A stretch of DNA of 48,563 bases, filler included, from Catajapyx aquilonaris (Eukaryota), in the NCBI GenBank assembly GCA_000934665.2. It is 3 parts of 3 records of this genome, joined end to end, with 100 filler letters (N's around TTAATTAATTAA, not from the genome) between each part and the next. Parts side by side here need not be neighbours in the genome. Positions count along the whole stretch, not along the records: positions 32,466 to 48,563 come from JYFJ02007285.1; 2 more parts are not named here. One strand, given 5' to 3'. Shown piece after piece: positions 47,254-48,563 of this stretch (within the stretch, counting starts at the first letter, position 1; every line of letters begins with the position of its first letter). A program made the position numbers and the translations under genes. Below the pieces are notes generated by a model, which did no database searches, was not told where the DNA came from, and saw only the letters and a program-made list of their open reading frames with translations.

Positions 47254-48563
47254 CTGAAAATGTGAAGAAAAATGGTGTATTAGACAGCAGCAAATAATTT
47301 TTTTTTTGAGAAAGAGGCATGGTGGCTGTAGCAATGTCGGAAAGCAATTTGAGGGGATATCGGAAGTGACGTAAAACAACATTCAAAATGGTGGCGCATG
47401 GCACCTGAGTACGATTTGGTTGCCATTTTTTGACGCTCCCTCTGCTGCATCATAATAAAACAGTTTCCCAGATGTTTCCTCCAGTCTTTTCCATTTTTTT
47501 GTTTGTGTGTGTCCCTCTCCCCCTGAATCCAATAAAAAGCTTGACATATGAGAATTTCCCCTCTCCAAAAAAAATGTGGGAGACGAGAATAATAATCCGC
47601 ATTAAGTCACCCCCTAACTTTTTTAAAATTCTCTCAATTATCTCCACTTTCCAACCCCCAAAATTGTGTATTCCTTTTCCTGACTCCCTTTTTTGCGTTT
47701 TGGCTGGGAATTATTCCTTGACAAAATGTGATTTTGACTTTTTCCCCCTCATCCGCCCACCCAAAAGCCTCTTCTGGAAATTGTCAAAGAATTTCTGATT
47801 ACCTCCGCTCCTGATGGATTTGAAAATGTCTCTTGTTACCATTTCAAATCGGGGAACGTGTGATCCTGAGACTGAGAAGGATATTGACTCAAGGATTTTT
47901 TTTTAACTCTCGCTTTTTTTTCTGGCTCCTGAACTTGGAATGGTGGAGAGAAAGCTTCGAAATAGGGTCCAGACGAGGTGCATTCATAATTTGGTACCAT
48001 CTGTGTGTCGCTGGTGGTCGTAAAAAAAATGTCGGGAACCTTAGTAATGAAATGTATTGGTGAGGCGACAGGTGTGTGGAGTCGGTTTGTTTCAATATGC
48101 TCCACGTGTGTGATGTTCAATTTGGTCGTGTTCAACAACGCTGTGCACTCAAAAATTATTTAGTTGAACGAACCTAAATAATGCATAATTCAACCCAGGT
48201 TGTCGTTCGGTACATTACTGTACATTTAGGTTATGTTGACTAATAAGCGAAAGCAATATCCAGAAATAATTATTTATACTAAAAAATGACGGATCACAAT
48301 TTGTTGCAAGGGTTTCCTAAAAGTTTCAAAATATGAGCTAAAACTCCCAACGTTTCATGCTTGATAGAACCAATTTGCGTAGGTTACCCACTCTGTGTAC
48401 AGTGTAATACAGTGTAAGCGTAAACATTGACGCACTGCAGTGCTGTTTCCAATACTGGCAATCAAACGAAGGTACTGTATATGCACGGTTCATTCCCTTT
48501 CCACTGATCTGTTCTCGACTAAACGCACAACACCATATTGCTTAGTCTATAAAAACATCTTTC

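Overview
This is eukaryotic DNA, most likely from an arthropod or other invertebrate, judged from GT-AG introns, tRNA-derived SINEs, Helitrons and DNA transposons. Two scaffold gaps carry a TTAATTAATTAA linker. The right third holds the last four coding exons of a minus-strand TMTC2-like O-mannosyltransferase/TPR gene (47253->32865, splice phases consistent). Its introns carry three non-autonomous Helitrons, three short TG...CA (solo-LTR-like) elements and a hairpin MITE. The centre (24.2-32.4 kb) is a nested transposon complex. It starts with a five-exon gene (beta-rich N-terminus, coiled coil, start of a BEN-like domain) whose introns hold a 734-bp fold-back mariner and a SINE. That gene is broken by a 5'-truncated Helitron Pif1-helicase segment, followed by a PIF/Harbinger cassette (Myb/SANT gene and HARBI1-type DDE nuclease, convergent), itself interrupted by another element and a Helitron 5' end. 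The left half is mostly non-coding, with SINEs, hAT, Sola-like and Tourist-like MITEs, and decayed hAT, Sola, Sailor-type Tc1 and piggyBac transposase fragments. No prokaryotic systems or CRISPR arrays were found. All family assignments come from motifs recognised by eye; no searches were run.
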